Assembly: GCA_964383455.1 (NCBI GenBank)
Contig: CAYLHN010000001.1
Coordinates: 1 to 63,647, forward strand
Length of the DNA: 63,647 bases
Reading direction: 5' to 3'
Origin: an uncultured Muribaculaceae bacterium
GTDB taxonomy: Bacteria > Cyanobacteriota > Vampirovibrionia > Gastranaerophilales > Gastranaerophilaceae
Shown here: positions 1-9,085 of the stretch, in pieces
How the letters are laid out: each line of letters opens with the position of its first letter
Position numbering within the stretch: position 1 is the first letter of the stretch
Translations under genes and position numbers: made by a program
Notes under the pieces: generated by a model
What the model saw: only the letters and a program-made list of their open reading frames with translations
What the model was told of the DNA's origin: nothing
Database searches by the model: none

Positions 1-88
1 AGTGCCTTAGAACATTTTGTAATGGATTGCTTCGTTTTACTCGCAATGACGGTCTGTTCACCGTTCACCGTTCACAGGTCACACAAGC
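1..88 (+). repeat. Composite dispersed repeat, copy A (agtgccttag module, aatggattgcttcg..ctcgcaatgacgg core, four tandem GTTCACY-type heptamers at 56-83)
   Basis: Aligns by eye with 47921-48008 and 49581-49659. The shared core is caatggattgcttcg(c)tt(cgc)tcgcaatgacggtc, followed by gttcacc gttcacc gttcac(a/t) heptamers. Confidence 0.8.
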
Positions 89-797
89 AGCTTTTACCCT
101 CGCTGAGACATTAATTGTTATTGGCATAATCGGTGTTGTTGCAGCGTTGACTTTACCAAACCTTAACCATGCAACAGGCGACAAAGAAAAAGTAACAAGA
201 GTTATAAAGATATATTCATCTCTAACGGATGCAATTGATAGAGCTCAAGCTGTTTATGGAGATTATGATACTTGGTTTACAGATATTAATTTTCAAGGAG
301 AATCTGATTCAAGTAAGGCTAATGAACGTTTTGCAAAACGTATTATTGAATTCATGAAAGTGTCGAAAGATTGTGGCTTTGGTGAAGGTTGTTTTTCTTC
401 TGCACCGTTATTGCTTTTTGATGGTAGTGAATTCGAGGCAAATTATTTAGAGACTTTACGAGTAGCACATACGTATATGTTATCATTACAAGATGGTATG
501 TCATTAGGTTTTTCGGGTTATAAAATACGAGTTGATATAGATGGTCCAAATAAAGGGAAAAATCAACAAGGTAACGATATTTTTGATTTTTCGATTTTTT
601 ATATTGAAAATGAATGGTTGAAGGATGATGGTTTAAACGTAAACCAACTATATCCGTCATATTGTCCTAATTGTTGGACAGGAAATTTGGATGGTGACAT
701 TCAATATGAAACCGCTTGGGTAATAAAAAACGGAAATCTTGATTACTTAAAATGTCCTGATGAACTAAATTGGGAAACGCAAACAAGCTGTAAATAA
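27..797 (+). CDS. Prepilin-type N-terminal cleavage/methylation domain protein (type IV pilin/pseudopilin-like); start uncertain
   Basis: AFTLAETLIVIGIIGVVAALTLPNL matches the FTLxE plus hydrophobic helix signature. There is a C-terminal Cys pair (YLKCPDELNWETQTSCK). It is a paralog of 37467-38186. The only in-frame starts are TTG at 27 and CTG at 54, there is no SD, and the frame is open to the window edge. Confidence 0.7.
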   Translation: MLRFTRNDGLFTVHRSQVTQAAFTLAETLIVIGIIGVVAALTLPNLNHATGDKEKVTRVIKIYSSLTDAIDRAQAVYGDYDTWFTDINFQGESDSSKANERFAKRIIEFMKVSKDCGFGEGCFSSAPLLLFDGSEFEANYLETLRVAHTYMLSLQDGMSLGFSGYKIRVDIDGPNKGKNQQGNDIFDFSIFYIENEWLKDDGLNVNQLYPSYCPNCWTGNLDGDIQYETAWVIKNGNLDYLKCPDELNWETQTSCK

Positions 798-807
798 AAT
801 AAGTTAT

Positions 808-849
808 AAACATTCGGGCGGGTTGTGAAACAACCCGCCTCGATGTTTT
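808..849 (+). terminator. GC-rich hairpin plus T-run, copy 1 of a duplicated 42-nt element
   Basis: Sequence aaacattcgggcgggttgtgaaacaacccgcctcgatgtttt. The stem is gggcgggttg/caacccgcc. It lies just after the pilin stop codon. Confidence 0.75.
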
Positions 850-932
850 CCGTTATTATGAAATTTTTGCCATTTAGTATTTTATATTTTATAATTTATT
901 TAATAATATTCCAAAAATATCGGAGTGTTTAA

Positions 933-1781
933 ATGGATAAAAAAGATAAAAAACATCAAGTAAAATTATTTGAAAATTTTAAAGTTAGAACTATTTGGGA
1001 TGAAGAAAAAGAAGACTGGTGGTTTTCTGTTGTTGATATTATTTCAATATTGACAGAAAGTGAAAATCCGAGGAATTATTGGAAAGTTCTTAAGAATCGC
1101 TTAAATAAAGAAGGTAGTCAGTTGGTTACAATTTGTAACCAACTGAAAATGCAATCTTCAGATGGTAAATATTACAAAACCGATGTGCTTGATACAGAAG
1201 GGGTTTTAAGGCTTGTTCAGTCAGTTCCGAGTCCAAAAGCAGAACCTTTTAAATTGTGGCTTGCGAAAGTCGGACGAGAACGTATAGAAGAAATTCAAGA
1301 TCCTGAAAAAGCAATAGACCGTGCTATGCAATACTACCTTAATAAGGGCTATTCTGTTGAATGGATAAACCAACGATTAAAATCTATTGAAGTACGAAAA
1401 GAATTGACTGACGAGTGGAAAAGAACAGGTGTCAAAAACGAAAAATATGCTATATTAACGGATATTTTGACAGAAGCTTGGTCAGGCATGAAAACAAGAG
1501 AATACAAAAATTTCAAAGGGCTTAAAAAAGAAAGTTTAAGAGATAATATGTCCAATATGGAACTTGTATTAAATATGCTTGCAGAAGTTTCTACAACAGA
1601 AATTTCAAAACAAAAAAATCCAAAAACGATGAAGGAAAATAAAGAAATAGCAAAAGAAGGCGGAACAATAGCAGGAAATGCCAGAAAACAAATTGAAAGT
1701 AAAAGCGGTAAGAAAGTTGTAACTTCCGAAAATAATCTTCCATTACAAAGAAAAATCAGACAAATAAAAAATGAAAAATAA
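933..1781 (+). CDS. BRO-N domain / DinD-like (DNA-damage-inducible protein D-like) protein
   Basis: The N-terminus (FENFKVRTIWDEEKEDWWFSVVDIISIL) looks like a Bro-N domain. The C-terminal half (KGLKKESLRDNMSNMELVLNMLAEVST...GGTIAGNARKQIE) resembles E. coli DinD as I recall it. Confidence 0.6.
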   Translation: MDKKDKKHQVKLFENFKVRTIWDEEKEDWWFSVVDIISILTESENPRNYWKVLKNRLNKEGSQLVTICNQLKMQSSDGKYYKTDVLDTEGVLRLVQSVPSPKAEPFKLWLAKVGRERIEEIQDPEKAIDRAMQYYLNKGYSVEWINQRLKSIEVRKELTDEWKRTGVKNEKYAILTDILTEAWSGMKTREYKNFKGLKKESLRDNMSNMELVLNMLAEVSTTEISKQKNPKTMKENKEIAKEGGTIAGNARKQIESKSGKKVVTSENNLPLQRKIRQIKNEK

Positions 1782-1795
1782 TTGTTTTAATTTAA

Positions 1796-1837
1796 AAACA
1801 TTCGGGCGGGTTGTGAAACAACCCGCCCGAATGTTTT
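1796..1837. terminator. Perfect 19-bp palindromic hairpin, copy 2 of the 42-nt element; bidirectional terminator
   Basis: Sequence aaacattcgggcgggttgtgaaacaacccgcccgaatgtttt. It sits between the convergent genes 933-1781 (+) and 1851-2786 (-), with A-runs and T-runs on both sides. Confidence 0.8.
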
Positions 1838-1850
1838 ATTGTTTAATTTG

Positions 1851-2786
1851 TTAATGAACATAAGTATTAACTTTTTCAATAATTTCTTTTAAGACTCTGT
1901 CTGCATCCTTGTGCGGAACTTGACAGGTACCTGCATTTCTGTGTCCGCCGCCGCCGTATTCAGCCATTAATTCAGCAATATTCAATTGAGATGTTCTGTT
2001 TATTACTGATTTTCCAACGGCAAATACAGTATTCTTTTCGTCTTTGCCCATAATTTTATGAATTGATAAGTTACATTCAGGGTAAAGGGCATAAATCATA
2101 AATCTGTTACCGACATGAATTGATTTTTCATCTTTGTAATTTACAAGAACAACATCTCCATGAACATTCGAGCATTTTTTCAATTGTTCTATAAATTGTT
2201 CCTGCTCAACTTTGTAAAAATCAACTCTCGCTTTTATATCAGGAGCGTCAAGTATTTCTTCAATATCTGATGTTGATTGAATTATGTCTATTACATATTT
2301 CATAAATTCAAAATTGTTAAGTCTGAATTTCCCATCATATCTTCCAAGTCCTGTTCTTGGGTCAAGAAGATAATTTAGCATTAACCATCCTTTTGGATTT
2401 TTTATTTCTTCTGTTGTCACGTTGCCTGAATCTGCTCTGTCAACACAATCAAGCATTTCGCCCCATTCTTTAGGAAATTTATCAGCTCCGCCAAAATATT
2501 CATATATAACTCTTGTTGCTGATTTTGCAACAGGATTGATAATATGATTTGAACGTCTGTTGTATGCTCTTACATCTTCAGAAAAATGGTGGTCAAAAAC
2601 GAAGTGAGCATTTTCGTGGTATGGTAAATTTGTAATGATATCATTATCAGTTACTTTAACTTTGCCGTCTTGAATATCTTTCGGGTGATGAAATTCAATT
2701 TCATCAATCAATCCGAATTTTTTCAACAAAGTTGCAGACATAATTCCGTCTAAGTCTGCGCGGGTGAGCAATTTGTATTTGTTCAT
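1851..2786 (-). CDS. DHH/DHHA1 family phosphoesterase
   Basis: Motifs RADLDG, FVFDHHFSE (DHH) and GGGHRNAG (DHHA1 GGGH). Confidence 0.8.
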   Translation of the reverse strand: MNKYKLLTRADLDGIMSATLLKKFGLIDEIEFHHPKDIQDGKVKVTDNDIITNLPYHENAHFVFDHHFSEDVRAYNRRSNHIINPVAKSATRVIYEYFGGADKFPKEWGEMLDCVDRADSGNVTTEEIKNPKGWLMLNYLLDPRTGLGRYDGKFRLNNFEFMKYVIDIIQSTSDIEEILDAPDIKARVDFYKVEQEQFIEQLKKCSNVHGDVVLVNYKDEKSIHVGNRFMIYALYPECNLSIHKIMGKDEKNTVFAVGKSVINRTSQLNIAELMAEYGGGGHRNAGTCQVPHKDADRVLKEIIEKVNTYVH

Positions 2787-2814
2787 CTTAAATCCTTTTC
2801 TTTTTTACTTACAG

Positions 2815-3276
2815 TTATTTTACTATTTTGGCTATTGATTCTGTAATATCTGCTCCGCCGTATAACACAACGCCTTTTGCTAAAACTAAATCATAACCTG
2901 CTTTTTTTGATTCTTCTTGAATTGTTTTTGTTATTGATTTATCAATTTCTGATAATTTTTTCTCGTAATTTTTTTCGTTTGTATTTTTTATATATGTTAT
3001 ATCATTTTCATATTTTTTGGCAAGTTGTTGTTTTTTTGTAATATCAGTTTGTTTTGCAATTTCTGCCTGAGCATTTTTGATTGTGTTTTTTAGTTCGTCT
3101 GCCTTTTTTGTTTGTTCAGCTTGTAAAGCTATAACTTGTTTTGAATTAGAAACAACTTTTTGAACATCTACTACTGCAATTTTGTAGTTTTTCGGAACTT
3201 CCGACATTGCAAAATTATTCGAAAAAATACCTAACAAAAAGGCGATAGACGCAACACTTACAAAACTTTTATTCAT
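2815..3276 (-). CDS. OmpH/Skp-like periplasmic chaperone
   Basis: Signal peptide (MNKSFVSVASIAFLLGIFSNNFA), the KIAVVDVQKV start and a K/Q/E-rich coiled-coil body. At 153 aa the size fits. Confidence 0.7.
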   Translation of the reverse strand: MNKSFVSVASIAFLLGIFSNNFAMSEVPKNYKIAVVDVQKVVSNSKQVIALQAEQTKKADELKNTIKNAQAEIAKQTDITKKQQLAKKYENDITYIKNTNEKNYEKKLSEIDKSITKTIQEESKKAGYDLVLAKGVVLYGGADITESIAKIVK

Positions 3277-3397
3277 TTGATTCTCCTATTAATAATATGA
3301 CTATGTAACAAATAATATGAGATTATACTGAAAAAGTCTATTATTAATATGGGTTAAATTTTGTTTTAAAAAAATCAATAACCTGTCTAATATAAAA

Positions 3398-3721
3398 TTA
3401 TAAGTGTTTTTCTATGTTGTTAATAATTGTTGATTTTGGCATTAAACCAACCATTCTTTCAACAGCTTGACCGTTTTTGAAAACAAGTAAAGTAGGTAAT
3501 CCGCTGATAGAATTATCTTTCATAATTTCTTTGTTTTCGTCGGCATTAACTTTTACGACTTTAACTTTACCATCATAATTTTCTGCAATTTCATCCAATA
3601 CCGGAGATAATTTTCTGCAAGGGCCGCACCAAGTTGCCCAAAAATCTACTAATACCGGTGCTGATGATTGTAAAACTTCTTGTTCAAATGTTGAATCTGT
3701 AACTTCTAGCGCGTTTGACAT
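3398..3721 (-). CDS. trxA: Thioredoxin
   Basis: FWATWCGPCR active site in a 107-aa protein. Confidence 0.95.
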   Translation of the reverse strand: MSNALEVTDSTFEQEVLQSSAPVLVDFWATWCGPCRKLSPVLDEIAENYDGKVKVVKVNADENKEIMKDNSISGLPTLLVFKNGQAVERMVGLMPKSTIINNIEKHL

Positions 3722-3820
3722 GTCATTTCTCCTTTTTACGATTTTATTCTAGCATATAAATTTTTTTTATGCTATTATCTTAATGTATAAAGTAAAAAAA
3801 AGTACCGATTTAGGATTATA

Positions 3821-4738
3821 ATGGCTAGGAAAAAAGTAATAGAAATAGTTTTAGATACTGAAACTACGGGTTTGGATTATACAAAAGAGAGAATGGTTGA
3901 GTTTGCAGGTGTCAGACTTGAAAACGGAAAAATAACGGACGAATTTCAAACTTTAATAAATCCTCAACAGCATATCAGAAAATCTTCAATTGCTATACAC
4001 GGAATTACTCAAGAAATGGTTGAAGATGCGCCGACAGAAGCGGAAGCAATGCCAAAAATATTAGAATTTATTGGTGAGTACCCAATTGTCGCTCATAATG
4101 CTATTTTTGATTATTCATATCTTAATGAAGCCAGTCTTAGAACCACAGGAAATCCTATAAAAAATGAACGCATCGATACTCAATATATGTTTAAAGAAGT
4201 TTATCCTGAAATGGATTCGCACGGGCTTGATGCTTTAACTAAAAAATTTGATATAGAACTCGTTAATCATCACCGAGCCATGGCCGATGCTATGAGTTTG
4301 GCTCTTGCTTACCCGAAATTGAAAAAATTATATTTGCAAAAATACGACTGGGAAAATAAACAGCTTGAAAATGTTGAATATTTATTTGAAAGATTTTTGA
4401 GAATTCAACAGTCTATTAATGTTATGCAAGCTGAATTACAAGATTTGAAGTCTGTGTTTAAGCTGTATTTTGAACTTGGCGGGAAATCTATCACGGCTCA
4501 AAGCGGAGATATTTTAACTTATCAATCAAAACAATCTTTTCAGTATGATTTTGAAGATATAAAAGATGTTTTGGAAGAGGTCGGAGCTTTGAATAAAGCT
4601 GTCAAACTTAACTGCGGATTTGTTGACAGACTTTGTAACGGTTTTAACTTAGAAGAATGTCAGCGCGAGACAATTAGAAATGCCCGAAAAGAAATTACAG
4701 AAAACAGAAATGTACAAATTATAAAAGCAGGAAAATAA
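3821..4738 (+). CDS. DnaQ-like 3'-5' exonuclease (DEDDh family) with about 130-aa C-terminal extension
   Basis: Exo motifs VLDTETTGLD, HNAIFDYSYL and HRAMADA. Confidence 0.85.
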   Translation: MARKKVIEIVLDTETTGLDYTKERMVEFAGVRLENGKITDEFQTLINPQQHIRKSSIAIHGITQEMVEDAPTEAEAMPKILEFIGEYPIVAHNAIFDYSYLNEASLRTTGNPIKNERIDTQYMFKEVYPEMDSHGLDALTKKFDIELVNHHRAMADAMSLALAYPKLKKLYLQKYDWENKQLENVEYLFERFLRIQQSINVMQAELQDLKSVFKLYFELGGKSITAQSGDILTYQSKQSFQYDFEDIKDVLEEVGALNKAVKLNCGFVDRLCNGFNLEECQRETIRNARKEITENRNVQIIKAGK

Positions 4739-4740
4739 GA

Positions 4741-6198
4741 ATGGCGAATTTTATTGTAGATTTTTTTAAAGAACCACCGATAAAAGAAGAAATTCAAGAC
4801 AAAGAAAAAGTCGATAAACTTTATAAACATTGGACTTGGAGAATTTTTATTTCTTGTTATTTGGCATATATTATTGCGCACTTGTGCAGAAAAAATATTG
4901 CTGTTGCTTTGCCGTTTATAGGTCAGGATTTGGGATATACAAATACTCAATTGGGTATATTAGGTTCTTCTCTATATATGACATATGGTATAGGTAAATT
5001 CTGTAACGGAATTTTGGCTGACAGAAGTAACGTAAGAACTTTTTTACCTACTGCGATGATAATTTCTGCTATTGCAAACTTATGCTTTGTATTTAGCGCT
5101 AAATTTATAACTCCGGGACATGTTTCATTTTTCGGTTTGCCGTCCGCAACAATTCTTTTGTGGGTGTTAACGTTCTTTTGGGGTGCTAACGGCTGGTTCC
5201 AGTCAATGATTTTTCCTCCGATTGCAAAAGCTCTTTCATACTGGCTTTCAAAATCAGAACGTGCAACAAAATGGTCTATTTGGTCAACTTCTCACCAATT
5301 AGGCGTATTTGCAACAGTTATGTTATCAGGTATTTTAATCGGTAAATTAGGTTGGAAAATGGCTTTTGGTATCGAGGCTGTTATTGTTACCATAACAGGT
5401 TTGATTTTATTCTGGTCTTTGAGGGATAAGCCTCAATCTATGGGTTTACCTGATATTGATGTTTACAGAAATGAACCTATTGAAGAAAAGAAAGAAGCTG
5501 AAATTCAAAAAATGTCTTATTTTGAAATGTTCAGAAAATTTATCGTATGTAATAAGATATTGTGGTTATTGTCTATTGCATACGCTTTTGTATATGTTAT
5601 TCGTTTTGGTACGGAAGATTGGTTTGTAAAATATTTAATGGAATATAAGGGTGATACACTTGCGATTGCAACTGCAAAATTAAGCTCATTAGCTGTTGTA
5701 GGCTCAGTTGGTGCAATTGCTGCAGGATGGTTCTCTGACCGTTCAAAATCAGGAAGCAGAATTCCTATAAATATTTATTTCTTTATGGGATTGGGAATTT
5801 GTATATTTTTATTCCATATTAATAAAATAGACTTTTTCGATTATATTTTGGCAGCACTTATAGGTGCATTTACAGCCGGCCCTCAATTATTACTGGGTGG
5901 GGTTTGTGCATTGGAAGCTACTTCAAAACAAGTTGCATCTGCGGCTTTGGGTTTTGCAGGCATGTTTGGTTATGTAGGTGCGGTGCTTTCCGCTTCAGGT
6001 ACAGGCTTTATGATTGATACTTTCCAGGCAAAATTTAATAACGGCTGGTTAGGTGCAATTATATTTTGGATTTCATCTGCTGTTATCGGCATTATTATGT
6101 GTTTAATTATATTGGCATACAGTGCACATCAAGCAAAAAACGTACAGGTTGAAACTGCTGAAGTTAAAACAAATGAACAGGAAACAGTTAAACAATAG
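4741..6198 (+). CDS. MFS transporter, organophosphate:Pi antiporter (GlpT/UhpC)-like
   Basis: Multi-TM profile. The N-terminal region WRIFISCYLAYIIAHLCRKNIAVALPFI...GKFCNGILADR is typical of the GlpT/UhpC subfamily. Confidence 0.75.
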   Translation: MANFIVDFFKEPPIKEEIQDKEKVDKLYKHWTWRIFISCYLAYIIAHLCRKNIAVALPFIGQDLGYTNTQLGILGSSLYMTYGIGKFCNGILADRSNVRTFLPTAMIISAIANLCFVFSAKFITPGHVSFFGLPSATILLWVLTFFWGANGWFQSMIFPPIAKALSYWLSKSERATKWSIWSTSHQLGVFATVMLSGILIGKLGWKMAFGIEAVIVTITGLILFWSLRDKPQSMGLPDIDVYRNEPIEEKKEAEIQKMSYFEMFRKFIVCNKILWLLSIAYAFVYVIRFGTEDWFVKYLMEYKGDTLAIATAKLSSLAVVGSVGAIAAGWFSDRSKSGSRIPINIYFFMGLGICIFLFHINKIDFFDYILAALIGAFTAGPQLLLGGVCALEATSKQVASAALGFAGMFGYVGAVLSASGTGFMIDTFQAKFNNGWLGAIIFWISSAVIGIIMCLIILAYSAHQAKNVQVETAEVKTNEQETVKQ

Positions 6199-6207
6199 GA
6201 GATATCC

Positions 6208-6762
6208 ATGAAAAAGCTTTTTGTAATATCAGGCTCATCAGGTGTGGGCAAGGGTACGGTTATAAAAAGGTTTTTGGAAAATAATCCTAATTTTAAATTG
6301 TCTGTATCTTGTACAACCCGTCAAAAACGTCCCGGAGAAGAACACGGTGTGAATTATTATTATCTTACACGTGAAGATTTTATGAAATCTGTCGAAAAAG
6401 GTGAATTTTTAGAATGGGCAGAGTTTTCAGGAAATTGTTACGGAACGAATAAAAAATTTGTTCAACAATGCTTGGATAATAATGAAGATTTGCTTTTGGA
6501 AATTGATACACAAGGCGCATTGCAAGTTAAAGAAAAAATGAATAATGCGGTTTTGATATTTATTTTACCTCCATCGTTAGAGGAACTTGAAAATCGTTTA
6601 CGAGGTAGAGGCACAGAAACCGAAGAAGCTATTCAAAAACGTTTAAATACTGTGAAATCTGAAATGGAAAATGCTAAGCATTTTCATTATCAAGTTATAA
6701 ATGATGAAGTTGACAGGGCCGTTAAGGAAATTGAGAATATAATTCAAAATGAACAAGTATAA
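6208..6762 (+). CDS. gmk: Guanylate kinase
   Basis: P-loop GSSGVGKGT, the TTRQKRPGEEHGVNYYY motif, and a length of 184 aa. Confidence 0.95.
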   Translation: MKKLFVISGSSGVGKGTVIKRFLENNPNFKLSVSCTTRQKRPGEEHGVNYYYLTREDFMKSVEKGEFLEWAEFSGNCYGTNKKFVQQCLDNNEDLLLEIDTQGALQVKEKMNNAVLIFILPPSLEELENRLRGRGTETEEAIQKRLNTVKSEMENAKHFHYQVINDEVDRAVKEIENIIQNEQV

Positions 6763-7438
6763 TTTGATTAATATAATTGAAAATTTTGCCCCGCTTGAAC
6801 TTCAGGAAAAATGGGATTGTTCCGGCTGGGTTGTCGAAACTCAAAAAAATGAAGTGTCAAAAATCCTGATTGCCTTAACTGTTACTAATGATGTTTTCCG
6901 TCAGGCTGTTTTGAATGATTGTGATATGATTATTTCTCATCATCCGTTATTTTATGTTCCTATTGATTATTCCGGAGTTGATATTTATTGTGCACATACA
7001 AATATGGATAAAACTGCAGGCGGGACAACAGATACGTTTATAAAACAATTGGGTTTAAAAGCTTATCCAGCAGGTGAATTTTTGAGAATTTGTGAAGATA
7101 ATATTTCTGTTAAAGATTTATCATTAAAGATAAAAAAACTTTCAAAAAATGCGAGAGTTATAAATAATAAAAACACAAAAGATGTTTCGAAAATTGCTTT
7201 TTGCGCAGGTTCAGGCATGGATTTGTATGATGAAGCAATAGAATTAGGTTGTGATTGTTTTGTTACAGGTGATTTAAAATATCATTCGGCAATTGATTCG
7301 AATATTGTACTTTTTGATGTCGGTCATTTTGAATCAGAGGTATTGATAAAAAATGTTTTTCAGGATTTAATAAAAGATAAAATAAATTGTATTCTTGCAA
7401 ATGAAAAATCCCCTTTTCTGCAAATTAGTGAATTATAA
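6749..7438 (+). CDS. Nif3-like dinuclear metal centre protein
   Basis: ISHHPLFY and the later GHFESE motif. The gene overlaps gmk by 14 nt. Confidence 0.8.
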   Translation: MNKYNLINIIENFAPLELQEKWDCSGWVVETQKNEVSKILIALTVTNDVFRQAVLNDCDMIISHHPLFYVPIDYSGVDIYCAHTNMDKTAGGTTDTFIKQLGLKAYPAGEFLRICEDNISVKDLSLKIKKLSKNARVINNKNTKDVSKIAFCAGSGMDLYDEAIELGCDCFVTGDLKYHSAIDSNIVLFDVGHFESEVLIKNVFQDLIKDKINCILANEKSPFLQISEL

Positions 7439-7440
7439 TT

Positions 7441-8772
7441 ATGGAAAAAAGTTATAAATCATACATAAAAGAATTGATACATTTGGCAATGCCGATAATA
7501 ATGGGACATATCGGTTTTACTTTTATTATGGCAGGTGATGTTTTTGTTGCCGGTAAATATTCAACTGATGCACTTGCTGCTGTGAGTATATCAAGTGCAG
7601 TTACAAGTTTGGTTTTCATGTTTGGAATAGGTTTGATTGTTAGTGTATCACCTGTTTTGTCAAACAGATTGGGGGCTAAAAAGTCTATAAAGAAATATTT
7701 TTATCCGACTATAAGATTTTCGCAAATTGTTGCTTTTTTTTCAATGATTTTGATAATGGGTTGTATACCTTTAATTGAACATATGGGCTTTGAGGAAAAA
7801 TTATTTCCTTATATAAGACTATATACTTTTGTATTTGCTTTCTCGGCTTTTGGCGGGTACTTACATGCCGCATTGAAAGAGTATTTGCAAGCATACGAAA
7901 TTGTGTTGTTTCCAAATTTTATTGCTATTGTCGGAATTTTTTTAAATTTAGCGATTAACTGGATTTTTGTATTTGGTTTTGGGCCGATTCCATCAATGGG
8001 AGTTTTAGGTTTAGCGCTTGCAAGTGTGTTTATAAGGACTGCAATGGGCTTAGCATTATTAGTTTTTTGTTTGGTAAATTTCAATTTAAAAAATATAAGA
8101 GTACCAAGAAAATATTTCGGAGTTTTGATAAATGTCGGATTGCCTTTGTCTGTGGCGGTGTGTCTTGAATTTTTAGCGTTTAATTCTATGGCGATATTGA
8201 TGGGACGTGTAAGCGGAATTTATGCTGCAGCTCAAAGTATTTTAAATGTTATAACTTCAACATCGTTTATGATTCCTTTATCAATATCAAATGCTATTTC
8301 TGTTAAAGTCGGTTATGCAAACGGTGCAAAAAATATTACGGATATAAAAAAATACGGTGTTGCGGGAGTTGGTGTTTCGGTTGGATTTATGGCGTGCTGC
8401 GGTATTTTATTTGCATTATTTCCACGATTTTTTGCCGAAATTTTTACAGACGATTTAGATTTGATAAATATTATTGCGCCTATAATGTTTTTAGTTGCGG
8501 GATTTCAGTGTTTTGACGGATTGCAGTGTTCATTGAGCGGAATTTTAAAAGGGCTTAAAAAAACGCAAATGGTTTCTGTTGCGAATTTTGTAGGTTATAT
8601 TTTAATAGGGATTTCGCTCGGTTCATTTTTAGCTTTTAAAATGAAATTAAACTTATTCGGTTTTTGGATAGGAATAGGTTTTTCTTCGGCTTGTGTAGGT
8701 GTTGTTCTTCTAATTGCTCTTTTAAAAATATATAAAAATTTAAAGCGGACATATGTTCAAAGTAATTTTTGA
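7441..8772 (+). CDS. MATE family efflux transporter
   Basis: 443 aa with a 12-TM-type profile and internal duplication typical of MATE transporters. Confidence 0.8.
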   Translation: MEKSYKSYIKELIHLAMPIIMGHIGFTFIMAGDVFVAGKYSTDALAAVSISSAVTSLVFMFGIGLIVSVSPVLSNRLGAKKSIKKYFYPTIRFSQIVAFFSMILIMGCIPLIEHMGFEEKLFPYIRLYTFVFAFSAFGGYLHAALKEYLQAYEIVLFPNFIAIVGIFLNLAINWIFVFGFGPIPSMGVLGLALASVFIRTAMGLALLVFCLVNFNLKNIRVPRKYFGVLINVGLPLSVAVCLEFLAFNSMAILMGRVSGIYAAAQSILNVITSTSFMIPLSISNAISVKVGYANGAKNITDIKKYGVAGVGVSVGFMACCGILFALFPRFFAEIFTDDLDLINIIAPIMFLVAGFQCFDGLQCSLSGILKGLKKTQMVSVANFVGYILIGISLGSFLAFKMKLNLFGFWIGIGFSSACVGVVLLIALLKIYKNLKRTYVQSNF

Positions 8773-8978
8773 ATTACTTCATAGATTTCGCCAATTCTTT
8801 CATCAATATCTTCCATTTTTACAACAAGCATGTTAAGTGAACGACTAATGTCTTTTAATTCTATTTCATCATATTCATTGTTTGTTGCTTCTCTGATTAA
8901 TCTGGTTGTGCTAACCATTTCTTTATAGTCCATGATTAATTCACAAATTTTTGTATCAAAAGCTCTTTTGTCGTACAT
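8757..8978 (-). CDS. Small acidic hypothetical protein, divergent partner of the HTH gene
   Basis: 73-aa ORF with an AAGGA SD about 9 nt upstream. Its 3' end overlaps the convergent MATE gene by 16 nt. Confidence 0.4.
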   Translation of the reverse strand: MYDKRAFDTKICELIMDYKEMVSTTRLIREATNNEYDEIELKDISRSLNMLVVKMEDIDERIGEIYEVIQKLL

Positions 8979-9010
8979 AATAAATTCCTTAATTTTTATT
9001 ACACCGTATG

Positions 9011-9077
9011 GTTCTTATACGACCTATTATAGTTCTTATGCAACCCATTGTCAACAAGTTTTTTAAAATAGTATAAA
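9011..9077 (+). promoter_or_regulatory. Putative operator direct repeats plus promoter for a near-leaderless HTH gene
   Basis: Repeats gttcttatacgacc (9011-9024) and gttcttatgcaacc (9032-9045) have a 21-bp period. TTGTCA (9048-9053), an 18-nt spacer and TATAAA (9072-9077) follow. The ATG at 9086 has no SD. Confidence 0.4.
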
Positions 9078-9085
9078 ATGTTGTT

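Noticed and set aside
352-660. Antisense or overlapping ORFs from the six-frame track that sit inside longer, motif-supported genes. The ORFs are 352-660, 1349-1555, 4660-4950, 7709-8084, 10636-10896, 11169-11411, 13672-13908, 14446-14637, 16291-16708, 17589-17891, 18081-18914, 20723-20926, 21574-21780, 22419-22712, 23215-23502, 23698-25346, 25837-26768, 27340-27540, 29936-30187, 31180-31401, 32033-32412, 34377-34683, 35013-35496, 36209-36397, 37687-37899, 39566-40034, 40320-40615, 41446-41646, 42170-42382, 42659-42889, 45436-45648, 46859-47494, 47578-47766, 48649-49051, 57636-57947, 59145-59339, 60193-60384 and 61850-62056.
   Set aside because: Each lies wholly or largely within, or antisense to, a longer ORF that carries clear family motifs. 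Their translations are low-complexity, as is typical of AT-rich antisense frames, and none has a convincing SD.
933-1781. A prophage or integrative element around the BRO-N gene.
   Set aside because: Only a single phage-associated gene is present. There is no integrase, capsid or terminase gene and no tRNA attachment site, and housekeeping genes flank it immediately.
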